From Phoronis australis (Eukaryota > Animalia > Phoronida), in NCBI GenBank assembly GCA_002633005.1, contig NMRA01000310.1, positions 314,624-378,623 of the forward strand: a DNA stretch of 64,000 nt, in the 5' to 3' direction. Position numbers and translations under genes: made by a program. The notes below the pieces were generated by a model that saw only the letters and a list, made by a program, of their open reading frames with translations, was not told where the DNA came from and made no database searches. The stretch's first letter is position 1. The number at the start of each line of letters is the position of its first letter. Positions 13,283 through 24,758 of the stretch are shown here, one piece after another.

Positions 13283-13513
13283 CGTATGCACATGTACCTC
13301 TCTGACGAGATTAATTGAGCTTCTCCTTGTCCCCATTAATTATATTTCCTGTCATTCACTGATTTAAGATTTGTTCGATTGACAATTGCAGTGCCTCCTA
13401 CTGTCTCACAGACAATTTTGCTTCGTTGACAGTCAATACATAAATGCTGAAACAAGTTGATTTGGACTTGGTTAGCAAGAAAAAAGCTTGCGAGTGCAGC
13501 TGTGAGACCAAAG

Positions 13514-13581
13514 GTTTCCATGGTTATGGCGTTTCCATGGTTATGGCGTTTCCATGGTTATGTCGTTTCAATGGTTATGGC
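13514..13581. repeat. Minisatellite, 17-bp unit GTTTCCATGGTTATGGC x4
   Basis: direct inspection. Confidence 0.85.
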
Positions 13582-13940
13582 CATGAACTTGTTTATCCAC
13601 GGTTTTCTTGTGTTATATAGAACGTTCAGAACACCACATGAAAAAACTTCATTAATGCTGAGAAACTTTGAAATGAGTTTCTTGATGTAAATTAGTATTG
13701 GCCGGGTTTAGATATCCTGTACTTTCTGTTTATTAAATATTTGTGATGTAGGCCGAACTGCTGCATGAACTGCATAATGAACTATTGTGATGAAATCCTA
13801 TTGTAGTTTTCTAAGTTTATCACAAATGAATAACTAGTTTATATTAAAAAACTTTTTTTAAACTCTGAAGTGAACCTCTTAGCCCAACTTTTTTGTTGTC
13901 TAACTTTTCCTCTGTCTGAGCTTATCTAAATCTACAATTA

Positions 13941-14315
13941 TTATGCGCCCACATATTTATATGTGGGTGCATATTGCCGTCGTCTCTGTCTGGCGTCCAG
14001 CGCCCTTTGGCAGGTGTGTTCCTATGGGGCTGACGACAGAGGACTATGAGTTTCGGACTGACCCGAATACCGTTGTGCCCCTTAGTGGCAATTTTATTTT
14101 TTTTACGTTTCCCTCTGTATCTTCAAAGATTCTCAGTGGATTTTCATGAAATTTGGCATCTATTATTGAGTTGACGCTACCCTCCAATTTTTGGAGGGAT
14201 TCAATTATTTTGCGCCATCTAGTGGCCATTTTTATGATACAAATAATCACCCCTAGAAGCATACCATTTGTGGTGCATTAGTGGACGCATTTCAATCCTC
14301 TGCGTTGCTCTTGTT
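13941..14315 (+). mobile_element. Helentron-associated (HINE/DINE-1-like) non-autonomous element
   Basis: 5' TTATGCGCCCACATATTTATATGTGGGTGCATA hairpin, GTCT/GTCC-like tract, internal unit with TTCATGAAATTTGG and CCCCTAGTGG, 3' end CCCTAGAAGCA...GTGGACGCATT shared with 36379-37240; T-rich flanks. Confidence 0.6.
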
Positions 14316-15226
14316 TTGGGTATGTCAACCCCCAGCACCCAAAAGTTACACTTATGGGAACATGTCAAAAGAGTAGGTCAGCCACAAAAAGTCAGGTGAC
14401 CCTGACATGCTTGTCATTTCAATTTTGGGGGTAAAGCTACAAGAAAATAACATTGGTTCTTTAGAAAAATTAAATTTATTGTACAGTAGCATAGAATGAG
14501 AGACTGGCTAACCATATTCTTGGTGTCAATATCTACAACGCTGCCATATTTAATGCACTGCAGAAGGCACTAACAGAGTTTGATGTCCCCATTGACAACC
14601 GTAACTCCCGGCCATAATTACACTGTGACTCAAAATTTATCCCGAAGTCTTAGTGTACTTTACTGTTTTAAAAATCAATTCAATGCTGTAAATTGCAGGC
14701 AGGCATTGGTTGGAGCAGTGGGCGATTAACTTAAAATTTTCTAGAGCAGTGAGTGTGAGCTTAGCTGAGCACTTTATCCAGATCGTTCCAAAATTAGGGG
14801 GGTAGGCACTTGCGTGAATATGGGCATTCACCCATATGTTTACTGTATGTATTACTTAATGTACAGTGCATTTTATGGTGTTCCTATTTATCAATACAGA
14901 ATTTACATGGGAAAGCAGGCGTTGAAGTCATTCTTGACTAATTTTGAATAAGCCTGTTTTGTTAGTTTTGGTAAAATCTTTTCCAGCTGAGGAATCAACC
15001 ATAGCTTGTGTTGAGAAATTGCACCGGGGATGTTTCACTTGGGGTACTGCCTTAGAACGTGTTGTGAAAGGGCTGCTCACATGGTTGATTTTTCGTCTAT
15101 TACATAAGGGAGCACCAAAGAACCTTAGTGGGGCTCTGGTGCTTTTGCTCATGTGTTTTATGCAATGGCCCAACTATGAGGCCTGTGCACGTCTGATGCA
15201 CCGCAAATACATCAGGCCACATGCAC

Positions 15227-15345
15227 TGTTTTTTTTAAGGGAGCACCCCTTTTCCGAGTGAATTCTTGTTTTTTTAAGGGAGCACCCCTTTTTGAGTGAA
15301 TTCTTGTTTTTTTTAAGGGAGCACCCCTTTTCCGAGTGAATTCTT
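15227..15345. repeat. Tandem repeat, ~39-bp unit (TTTTTTTAAGGGAGCACCCCTTTTCCGAGTGAATTCTTG) x3
   Basis: direct inspection. Confidence 0.9.
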
Positions 15346-16056
15346 ACAATGGATTTCGGGAACAGTAGGGTGGTGTTTTTCATGATAGCTCCCTGTAGAT
15401 CAGTGACTGTCCTTTTTCCTTGTCCACTGTCTAAAAGGATTATTATCCAGCTAGGACATTCTCCACAAAGTACCGTAGTTGAGTTCAGAGGCAATTGATT
15501 ACAAACATTGTAAGATTGTAAATCTCACTAATTTAGATCACAATATGGCCGACGGATGAAATTTTATTTTCCCTTTTTTCGCAAAAGATTACTTACACCA
15601 GGTAAATGCTACAAAGATCTGTATTATAGTTTCTAGGTGACAGTGATTCTGAGAAACTATAGGCATTCGTAACAAAGTTATAAGCGACAGAAAAATGAAA
15701 AAAATACCAACTTTGGCCATTATTTTGTTGGAAATCCTGTGAGGTCATTTTACTGTAATCTGAAGTCTAATCAACTCAAAAAAGCAGACACTGGGCTACT
15801 TCATTCAAGTGGACGTCCTGTCATAAATGTGGGGTATCAATAGTGATCCCTCAGTGTTACCATGTTACTGATTTAAACACCTGCCGAGGGCTACCCTCCC
15901 TTGACGCAATGCGTAGTTTGAACTTGAGGCAAAAAATTTGCTTATGGAATGGAAACGATGAATTATCACATCCCATAACCTATTAATACTATCCCATGAT
16001 TCAACATTCCGACCTCATTGACCAATCGTTTAAAAATAAAATAATTGTAGACAGTC

Positions 16057-16226
16057 TGGTACATGTACCAGATAAAAACAGGCCACTGAGGTGGGTACAT
16101 GTACCAGACGTACACAGGCCACTCAGGTGGGTACATGTACCAGACATAGACAGACCACTCAGGTGGGTACATGTACCAGACGTACACAGGCCCTCAGGTG
16201 GGTACATGTACCAGACACATACAGGC
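16057..16226. repeat. Minisatellite, ~36-bp unit containing palindrome GGTACATGTACC, ~4.5 copies
   Basis: direct inspection; explains repetitive ORFs at 15966-16313. Confidence 0.9.
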
Positions 16227-16446
16227 GTCTACCTCATTCTCAGTTCCACGTCTTTTGAAGTGAGCGATCTGGCTACAAAAATGTTAGCAAAAATGCCTGT
16301 AATTTTGGAGTAGCTCAGACCTCCAGCAAAGTGGCAGCAAAAGTCAACTTCGCAACTGTTCGCACTACTGGCATTTTTGATACCAGAGAAAGCATTATTG
16401 AAAATGTTAATATGTTAGCCAGATTGTGAACGGGAAAAGAAGTTAA

Positions 16447-17045
16447 AGGTTACGTAGGACCTTTGAAAAATGTCCTAATTCAGTTTATAGCCATATATAA
16501 TGTGCCCATATTTTGAGAACCAGTTCTTTTCACTAAATAACGGGCAACAAACTCGTACTCGAAATGCAGGCATGTTATATACCACTGCTTCCCAAATTTG
16601 GATTACTTCGGAACGTCACATCTCAGAAATGGCTGATCACATTCATACGAATCAGCGGTGTTGGAAAAGTTGCTTAAAATGTTCCACTTTTGCATGACAG
16701 TCTAAAAGAGTACTTTTTGATTTTATAAAAAACATGCATGAGTTGCATGAAATGAAAATGAAAGATTCAGAAAACTGTAACGGGCTTTTTTGAGATTTTA
16801 TCTTAGACGCTATACACCCATGATACTGATGTCATTGTTTTGAAATGAATTTGAATTTTTTTTGCTAAATTTTACTAAAAAAACATGGCCACGTGACTCA
16901 TTGACAGATTGGTGTAATGCTAAAAATCAAAGTCTGGTGGCTTTCTAATTTTAGAAACTAATTATACACGTTTAAATAAATATTGTCTATCTTTCTGTAC
17001 ATCTTTGGTTAAATATACACGTTATCAAGGGCCGACATAAAACCT
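16447..17045. mobile_element. Kolobok/T2-type MITE with TTAA target duplication
   Basis: TTAA|AGGTTACGTAGGACCTTTGA ... TCAAGGGCCGACATAAAACCT|TTAA; AGG termini and TTAA TSD. Confidence 0.6.
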
Positions 17046-17861
17046 TTAATTTTTATGAAATCATTGTCCTGGAAGTTGCTAGTAAGTAACAGCTTCTGTC
17101 AATTTCAGCCTCTGGGTCTTGAAAAAAATATAACATGATTACAACCCTTTGAGATAGTTTTATCTCTATAATAATGTCAAGTAGTTTTAAGATAACTGCC
17201 TGTAACAGGCTGATAACAATTAAGTCACGACAGCGTGTTTGCTTAATTTAGACATGGCTAATTCCCACATCCCCCATTCAACTCTCTTCTGGGGAGGAAG
17301 GAAAATGCGTGCTATGATTGACCTAATTTTGAAACGTTGGCCCGCTAACCCACTTGTGAGTTGCATTGGAGAAGTGGAGAACAGTTGATCACATTTCAGT
17401 CCCTTTTATGGGTGGACTACAACTCGCAATGTATCGTAATACTAAAACTTCTTTGGCAATAGTGTCGAAATTTAAAAGCAAAATAGTGTGCAATTGCAGG
17501 CCATGTGCCATACAGGGGCATAGCATTGTGGGTAATTACGCTACTATAACCAGAGCTGTTGTATTCGTGGAAGTGGGTAATGGTTGATCAGTCACCAAGT
17601 GGCGAGACCATTACATCCATGAGTCGGTCGACCTAGCTAGAACTGCCAAACATGTCGTGGAAATTAACGACATTTCGTGAGACTGTTCAGAAATAGTTCG
17701 ACAAAGAGTCGAAAGGGAAGCAGAAGATTTAAAGCCCAGTAATCAAAGGCAAACACGGTTGCTCGTCATTGATTTTGATGCACAATATTTTAAGATATCA
17801 CTCTTTTTTTATTTGAAACTACCGCGTGTGGAGATTATCTCACTGGATCTAAGTAAGATAA

Positions 17862-17916
17862 TGCGCGTTAGTGATGCATGTTAGTGATGCGCGTTAGTGA
17901 TGCACGTTAGTGATGC
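17862..17916. repeat. Tandem repeat, 13-bp unit ATGCGCGTTAGTG x4
   Basis: direct inspection. Confidence 0.8.
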
Positions 17917-18032
17917 CTTTCAAAGTTAATGACTTTGACCGCTGTGAATGTTATAGACCTGCCTTATGAATTTCACTTTGCGAACTAACAGTAGGGTAAC
18001 ATTGTCGCCCAGTTGATACAGCATGCATGCAT

Positions 18033-18222
18033 GCTAGGCTTACCACAAGCTAGGCCACCCATACGTCAGGCATACCACACGGTAGGCCTACCACACCCTA
18101 GGCCTACCACAGGCATAGCCTACCTCATGATTGGTCTACCACAAGCTAGGCTTACGTAACATATGGTTGGCCTACCTCACGCTTGGTCTACCACACTTTA
18201 GGCTTACCACATGCTTGGTCCA
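18033..18222. repeat. Degenerate ~16-bp tandem repeat (TAGGCCTACCACAYGC-like)
   Basis: direct inspection. Confidence 0.7.
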
Positions 18223-21200
18223 TCACTACTAGCGTATTAAAAAATCTTCAGTTTGCGATGTCCGATATTGTCCATTTCTAAGATTTCATACAAAATAATT
18301 AATTTTTCACAGTCTGAAACTAGAATTTTTACCATTGATAATAGGTGACCTATTAAATAGCTCGATAGTTTTTTATGGAGAAAATGGTATCTGAAAGAAG
18401 ATACTTGCTGTTGCCAAGTATGAGATTATCTATTGGGGTGAATACTGAGTAGGGAAAATTCTGTATATATATTGAAATCTAATGTGGAAGCCGCCACAAA
18501 CCATATTCTAGTGTTAGAAACATCAATTATGCCTTTGCAAACAGCCAGGTGTCTCTGGCTGAAACCTTAACTTTTCACAGGTGTAGTTGGTCGCCAATAG
18601 CAACATCATAGTGCTTATTCTTTGCTCAAGAACTGAAATTTGGGAACTGAAGCTTATAAGAAGGGAAATGTCTTATTGAGAAAAGGATGCTGTTAATGAG
18701 AACGTCCATGCGGTTTGTGAGGGAGGAACATTGACAGCATTGTTTAAGGTGAATATATCTGTATTGGCTTGTGTAAAATGCTTAACTATTTGTGACTACA
18801 TAAATGCTTATGTCACATGTGTTGAAGCTGAAAAATAATAAAAAAGAGTTCTAAGGCTCCAAGGATTGCAAAATAAACCCATATCTTACAAATGTCTGTC
18901 AGAACTCCTATAACACAACAGAAATGAGTTTACCGATCAACTTGGGAGCATAAACGCTGAAGGTGAAGTAAAAATGTCATTTTATGTAGCGCCACCTATC
19001 AGGAAAAATTGACACCTCCGAGTGGGACTGTAGAGAAAGAATATAACAATGAATATTACTAAAACACGAGCGAAACTTGCGTGAGAAGATTCTTTACAAG
19101 AAGTTAAACGGCGTGTTTGTAAGTATAGTTATGATGTCATTAGCCACAGCTTGACAAAATGTTGACAGCTGATGAGACAGAAATGACAACACCGCATGAG
19201 CGAGAAGAGGGAAATCACACAGCGCTTTCTATCGCATAACGTGAAATTGTCATGGGGACTTGACAAGGACCTCACGTGTCTCGCGCTCCAGTTGGCTTAT
19301 ATACACTAATTTGAAAAGGTTTCGTCAAGTCACGTGTTGTGGGTCATAAATGAGATAATGATACATAAAACTGATGTGATAAGCAGAACTACTCTCGTTT
19401 ATCACACATGTGCAGACTCATGGGAGTAATTAAGAATTCCGCTCTTATAAACCATCCGCCTGTCAACTTGTTTCGGGAAACGTAAGTCTAAATGCCGAGT
19501 GTACAGTGACGATGCGCAATTTTTAGAACTATGTTCACAATGATCAACATTAAAAATTGAGAGTAAATATGTGCCCCCTGTACTTTTTCTCATTTTGAAA
19601 CGGCTAATATTTCAGTTAAGAGAGAAAAAACTGCACGGCCATCCTCACTTGCTGTACCGGAAGCCTAAACTATAACTGTTTTCACTCATATTTGTGATAT
19701 CATAAAATGACAATAGTTTAAAAATGTTATTTGCAAGTAAATTTTGATGTCTTTCTTTGTTGACAATGAAATCGCTTTACCGCGTAGTAATCTTTTGTGA
19801 TGATTGTTCAATCTGCTGGGCTGGCCCGGACTGAATTTGAAAGATCTCGGCCAAAACTTCATCGATATTAGTGAAAAAATACGCTTGTGTTCAGATTTTT
19901 ACGAGGAATTTAATTCTTAAACTTTTACATGTGGTTGAGAAGGACGAAAATGTAAACGCGTAAATTATATTTCTACAGACAGCTCTTATCATTAAACCAT
20001 CCCCTTCATAAGCAATCAAATGTAATCTGCCGACTAGATCTGCGACCTTTTTTTGAGCCCAGACCTTCCGGAGTTGCCCCGTATGCCAACTCTTAACGGT
20101 CTCTCACTACAATTTAGCGTTATGGGGCGAATGCAAAACCATAATCATGCTCAAGCTGGCTGACAGGCGGCACACAAGTTCTCAATACTTTTCTCAATGG
20201 AAACGGGGCCCTAGCGTCTGTCTCCCACTGTCCATTCTGTTTGAGGTTCAGGTTGTTGATCTATTTCAACAGAAAATATCGGCTTCCAATTATCTAGGAC
20301 GGAGTTTGGGTTTTTCCATATCAAAAAGATGCTTCCAAGGTGAAAGTCCTTAAATCAATATCAGTTTGGTTACATGAAGTGAAGCCACAGTGCCATGCTC
20401 AGAACTCAGTGGGTATGCCTATTTCTGTCAGCTGGTGTATAACCCAAGGCAATTTGTTTACGGTATTGTGTTGTGTCTGGCCAGAATTAATGAAAGGTAA
20501 AACTGGCTGCCATTACTTTTCCATAAAGTGGGCCAGAGTTGTTTATAACCTATTTCTGGATGTAATTGAGGAAGGGTACACACCTGATTGCACAAATTAG
20601 AGAGGGGTAACATTAGTTGCAGTTGGATTATTTCTTTGAAGGTACTTGCAGTTTTTGAGGTAAGCCAAGGGTCTGCTTGCCTCAAACCTGGGGTGCGATT
20701 GTGTTTTTTCGTTGCTGCCATTGGGTGAACACTATATTACGTTCTAGTTTAAGTGCAGACAGAATTTGAGTTTGAGATGTGTCGGACCTTAGTACTATGG
20801 CAGGGGTCATTTTGAAACACATTGCAGGTCAAGTGTTACACACAGTGTTCTGTGATGATTGTTTACGAGATGGGTAAACATGTGGTGAACTAACTTGTGT
20901 TACAGGTAGAGCCTAAGACATGTAACCTGTCTGTATTCAGGAATACGGTTTGGTTGAAATGTTGTGAAACGAAATGTTTACTATGATACTTTGTATAACA
21001 CCCACTGAAGATGCATTTTGCTTTTCGCTGTGAAATGGCTGAATGGTCTTTGTCCGATTGCAATACTTACGTACGATTCTGTTATTTTAAAAGACCAAAA
21101 ATTTTGAAAGTATAGAAATCGTGCTCTTAGTGTCCGGTCAGACATGCAAAAGAATCTCCATGGGGCATGTGAGCGTGAAGTATCTTACAGGGCATTTAAT

Positions 21201-21901
21201 TGTGTATGCTGTTTACAAAATAGCCCCAATGAGGCATTTATTTGGATTAGACTACTCAGTGTTTATTAATTTTAGCAGGAAGAGATAACCAGGAAGGGAC
21301 AACTGTTTGAGTGCATTTTAACGTATTTTCAAAGGTGATTTCAAAAGTAAATGTTAAAGTAGTCTGGAATCCAAGCATTGTGTTTGAAAGCTTAACTCTT
21401 TAGCTATAAAATGACACCACTTTTGTCCCCAAAGACTTCATAGTAATGGCACTGGGATGCTTTGAACATGACTTGTTTTACCCTTCCAAAAGATGCCTCT
21501 TCCCAGGCATGTACTCGGGCATGATCCTCTTTTTTGAACCAACAGATGTCACTAATATATGCAAATGAGGCTCGCATCGTCTACGTCATACGACGTCATA
21601 CGGCGCGAGCTTCCAATTTGAACCCTCGAGTGCCTTATAGTGAATGACTTGAAACGCAGTTCTATCTGACTGGGCAGATCTAAGAAAATGAAGAACTCAT
21701 CATGCAAGTCAATGTTCAAAGGACATTGAATGGTTTCACATGAAAATACATTTAATTGTATTTGGATACGTTTGCATGTGTGTATGCGTGGACTTCGTCA
21801 TTTTGCTTAAATCCAGATTTAGAAGCAGGTGTTAGTCAAGAAATTAGCTGCTCCCGCCACGGTGGCCGGTGTCGTGGCGTCGCCGGGAAGTCTGATCCAT
21901 G

Positions 21902-22112
21902 CATGCGCAATTCGACGAACTAATGCTAGTCGCTGGTCAGCTCTGCTATGATTCATGCGCAATTCGACGAACTAATGCTAGTCGCTGGTCAGCTCTGCTA
22001 TGATTCATGCGCAATTCGACGAACTAATGCTAGTCGCTGGTCAGCTCTGCTATGATTCATGCGCAATTCGACGAGCTAATGCTAGTCGCTGGTCAGCTCC
22101 GCTATGATTCAT
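21902..22112. repeat. Tandem repeat, 52-bp unit x4, inside the P-like element
   Basis: CATGCGCAATTCGACGAACTAATGCTAGTCGCTGGTCAGCTCTGCTATGATT repeated with 1-2 substitutions. Confidence 0.95.
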
Positions 22113-23460
22113 TTGAGACGTGCGGCTTAACTCGAACCTATACCCGTGTTCTGGCTCCAAGGTCGTTTTTTGACCCAGTTTCGGGAAAAGTTCATTTTAA
22201 TACGGTCATTTCCTGAAGATTTTTTGGAAAGATATGATCCCGAAATCCTTGGCCTATAGAGCTGTATCAAAATTCCTTGTTGAAACACGGCCACTGGTCC
22301 AGCTTCTGCAGGGCGGCTGGGAAAATGAACGCGTGTCCCAAAAATGCACACACTTCAACCCCTCAGTGCAGTTCAAGTTCTTTCCCCGTCAATCACTGTG
22401 CGCGGATTCTACTGCATGACTACACCTTATTTTTAACGTGGGTGCGTCACTGAGTCACAACGTGTCCAGCCTTTGCAGTGTGCACGGGAATGGCAAGCAA
22501 ACGATTCGGTCTAGAAGAACCTAAATTCATTGCACAATACTGGGAACTACAAGCATCAAGGAAGTGCAAAGACAATCTTTCCAAATTTATGAGCAATGAC
22601 TTGAACTTCTTTTTTGATCTACGGTTTGTAAATTTTTGAATTTCATTAGTCTAGTTTTTAATTCAATAAAGCATTTAGAGCTGCCCGACATTCAAGAAAT
22701 ACCCCTGTTATCGTTTAGGGTCCTTCTTTGCGATATGGTGGTCTGATGATGGATCGAATTTTTGCCTTCAGGCTTCAACTAAGTTCAGTGACGCATCGCC
22801 ATTTCTTACAAGACAGCTTCTGTGCTGTGCACGAATGTTTTGTGTTTTTGATGAATTTGGAATCTCAACTTCCCCTCATGAGTAGTTGGTAGTGTCATGC
22901 CGGAGGTGTACAGAAGGCGCAGTACTGAAAAAAGTGAGGGCTAAAGCCCCCTCAGCCCCCCTGTAGTGCACCGCCTATGGACCACTGGAAAACTTGGACT
23001 GAATTAATACGCTCCGAAAAACTTTTGCTTCACAAATTTTCTCGAATTTTCGAAATACATGTATGAATGATTAAGTGCACATTTTCAAGGGCACTTAGAC
23101 GACCTATGCTGCAAAAACGGAGACCCTAACAACAATTGTCCTGGCCAGGGCCCTCAAATGGTAAGCCATACACTGATACCGAGTTGTCAATGTTCTCTTG
23201 AATTTTCGCTCTGATCAGTATTCGAAGTCTTTCTTTTTTGTCTTTCCCCAGCCCCACACCTTTGTCGGTTGCCATGGTTTGACCCTGAGGCATGCAATTT
23301 TTTTGGGGTGGCACTCGCCCTCCCCCCGCTTACTAAGGTCCTGATGCAAGGAGTCCATCGTTGGTCCAAGGTCAATGTTGTGTTTCAACACGCATTCGTT
23401 GTATAGCTTGAGCATTGAATTAAAGGTTTAAGAAATACAGTATCAGTTTTGCGCGTTTAA

Positions 23461-24758
23461 AGGCGAAGGCAACCTTTTTTCATGTCATTTTTAGCAAAAA
23501 TAAGGTTCGTTGATTATCCCAGACATATTTTTCACTTATTTACTGCTTTTCGTAATTTAATTGATTACTCGTTGTCTACTCCGGAAGTGACGTTTTGGGA
23601 GGCAAGAATTTCGCGCCAATTTCTTTTCATATAGTCTGACTGTGAGAGCAGTCGAGTCAGTCATTGTTCTACCTCGGTTGTGATAAGTTCGGTCGTCGTT
23701 TGCTTTTGCTTAGGAGTCAGTCAACATGCCACGCTGTTGCTGCGTACTGGGGTGTACTCATTATTGTCTCACGTACAGAGTAAGAACTGTCCCACTTGCC
23801 TGAGTGTCCCGCGACACACTCCCACTGAAGAGTGATCTGAGCACCCAAGTTGCTTGCATCCCGCCGTGTGACTCCCTCGCCACACACCTGGCACCTTCCA
23901 AATAGCTCCAATACAAGTCCACAATAAACTTATCAAACTTAGGCTCACCGATCTGTTCATTGGATGACGAACTGTCCTCTTCACTGGGTGTCGAACTGGG
24001 CCTGTATTCACTCCCACTACTCAACATCGCTGCAGGACTGCTTACAGGCTCTGGGCTCAGAGACAACAGCACAGGGCGAATCACTGCTAGTTTCCGAAAT
24101 TGCACGCAATGGGGTACGTTCGGAGGCACGGGTGACAGCAGATGAAGTGCCTCCAGTCAGTGTATATAGTGGCCACAGCTCCCAAGGCTTCTCGCTTCAA
24201 AAACGCACTTCTCGGGGTTGGCGACGGGGCACTGCCGGGAATCGACAGCGACGGTATGGTACCCTTCTTAAGGCGTTGTTTTGCAGGGACCTTCATCAAT
24301 TCAGCGTGCATATCTGTCATAATCTGACGGCAGAAAATGCTTGCCACACACTCGGTAACCCTCCACTGCTTTGTACGTTGCGTGGACGGGTAACTCTGCG
24401 TTCTTCACATGAACGAGCTAGCCAAGTACGCGAAGTGTGTCATCCTTCGGAAAGCGACGCAAGGTACCCAAAGCGCGTGTGAGACGTGGCATGTTGACTG
24501 ACTTGTAAACAAAAGCAAACGACGACCGAACTGATCACAACCGAGGTAGAACAATGACTCACTCGACAGCTCTCACAGTCAGACTATAATGAAAAGAAAT
24601 TGGCGCGAAACTCTTGCCTCCCCAAACGTCACTTCCGGAGTAGATGACGAGAAATTAATCAAATTACGAAAAGTTGCAATTAAGTGAAAAATGTGTCTGG
24701 GATAATCAACGAACCTTATTTGTGCTAAAAGTGACATGAAAAAAGGTTGCTTTCACCT
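23461..24758 (-). mobile_element. Kolobok-superfamily non-autonomous element with ~275-bp inverted arms and a THAP pseudogene
   Basis: TTAA|AGGCGAAGGCAACC ... GGTTGCTTTCACCT|TTAA; arms 23461-~23735 and ~24485-24758 are reverse complements. Confidence 0.85.
23766..24492 (-). pseudogene. THAP-domain transposase 5' fragment (frameshifted)
   Basis: minus strand from ATG 24492: MPR..LRRFPKD..W....YRVCGKHFLPSDY..DMHAELM...RLKKGTIPSL (THAP C2CH signature), then RSAFLKRE, and KFIVD..LELFGRCQVCG...GAQITLQWECVAGHSGKWDSS (zinc-ribbon preceding the catalytic region in Kolobok-type transposases). Confidence 0.85.

Noticed and set aside
15966-16313. Repetitive ORFs (MYVWYMYPPEW..., VHVPD.HRPLRW...)
   Set aside because: Translation of a 36-bp minisatellite
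23964-24482. 172-aa plus-strand ORF
   Set aside because: Antisense shadow of the minus-strand THAP pseudogene; no recognisable features
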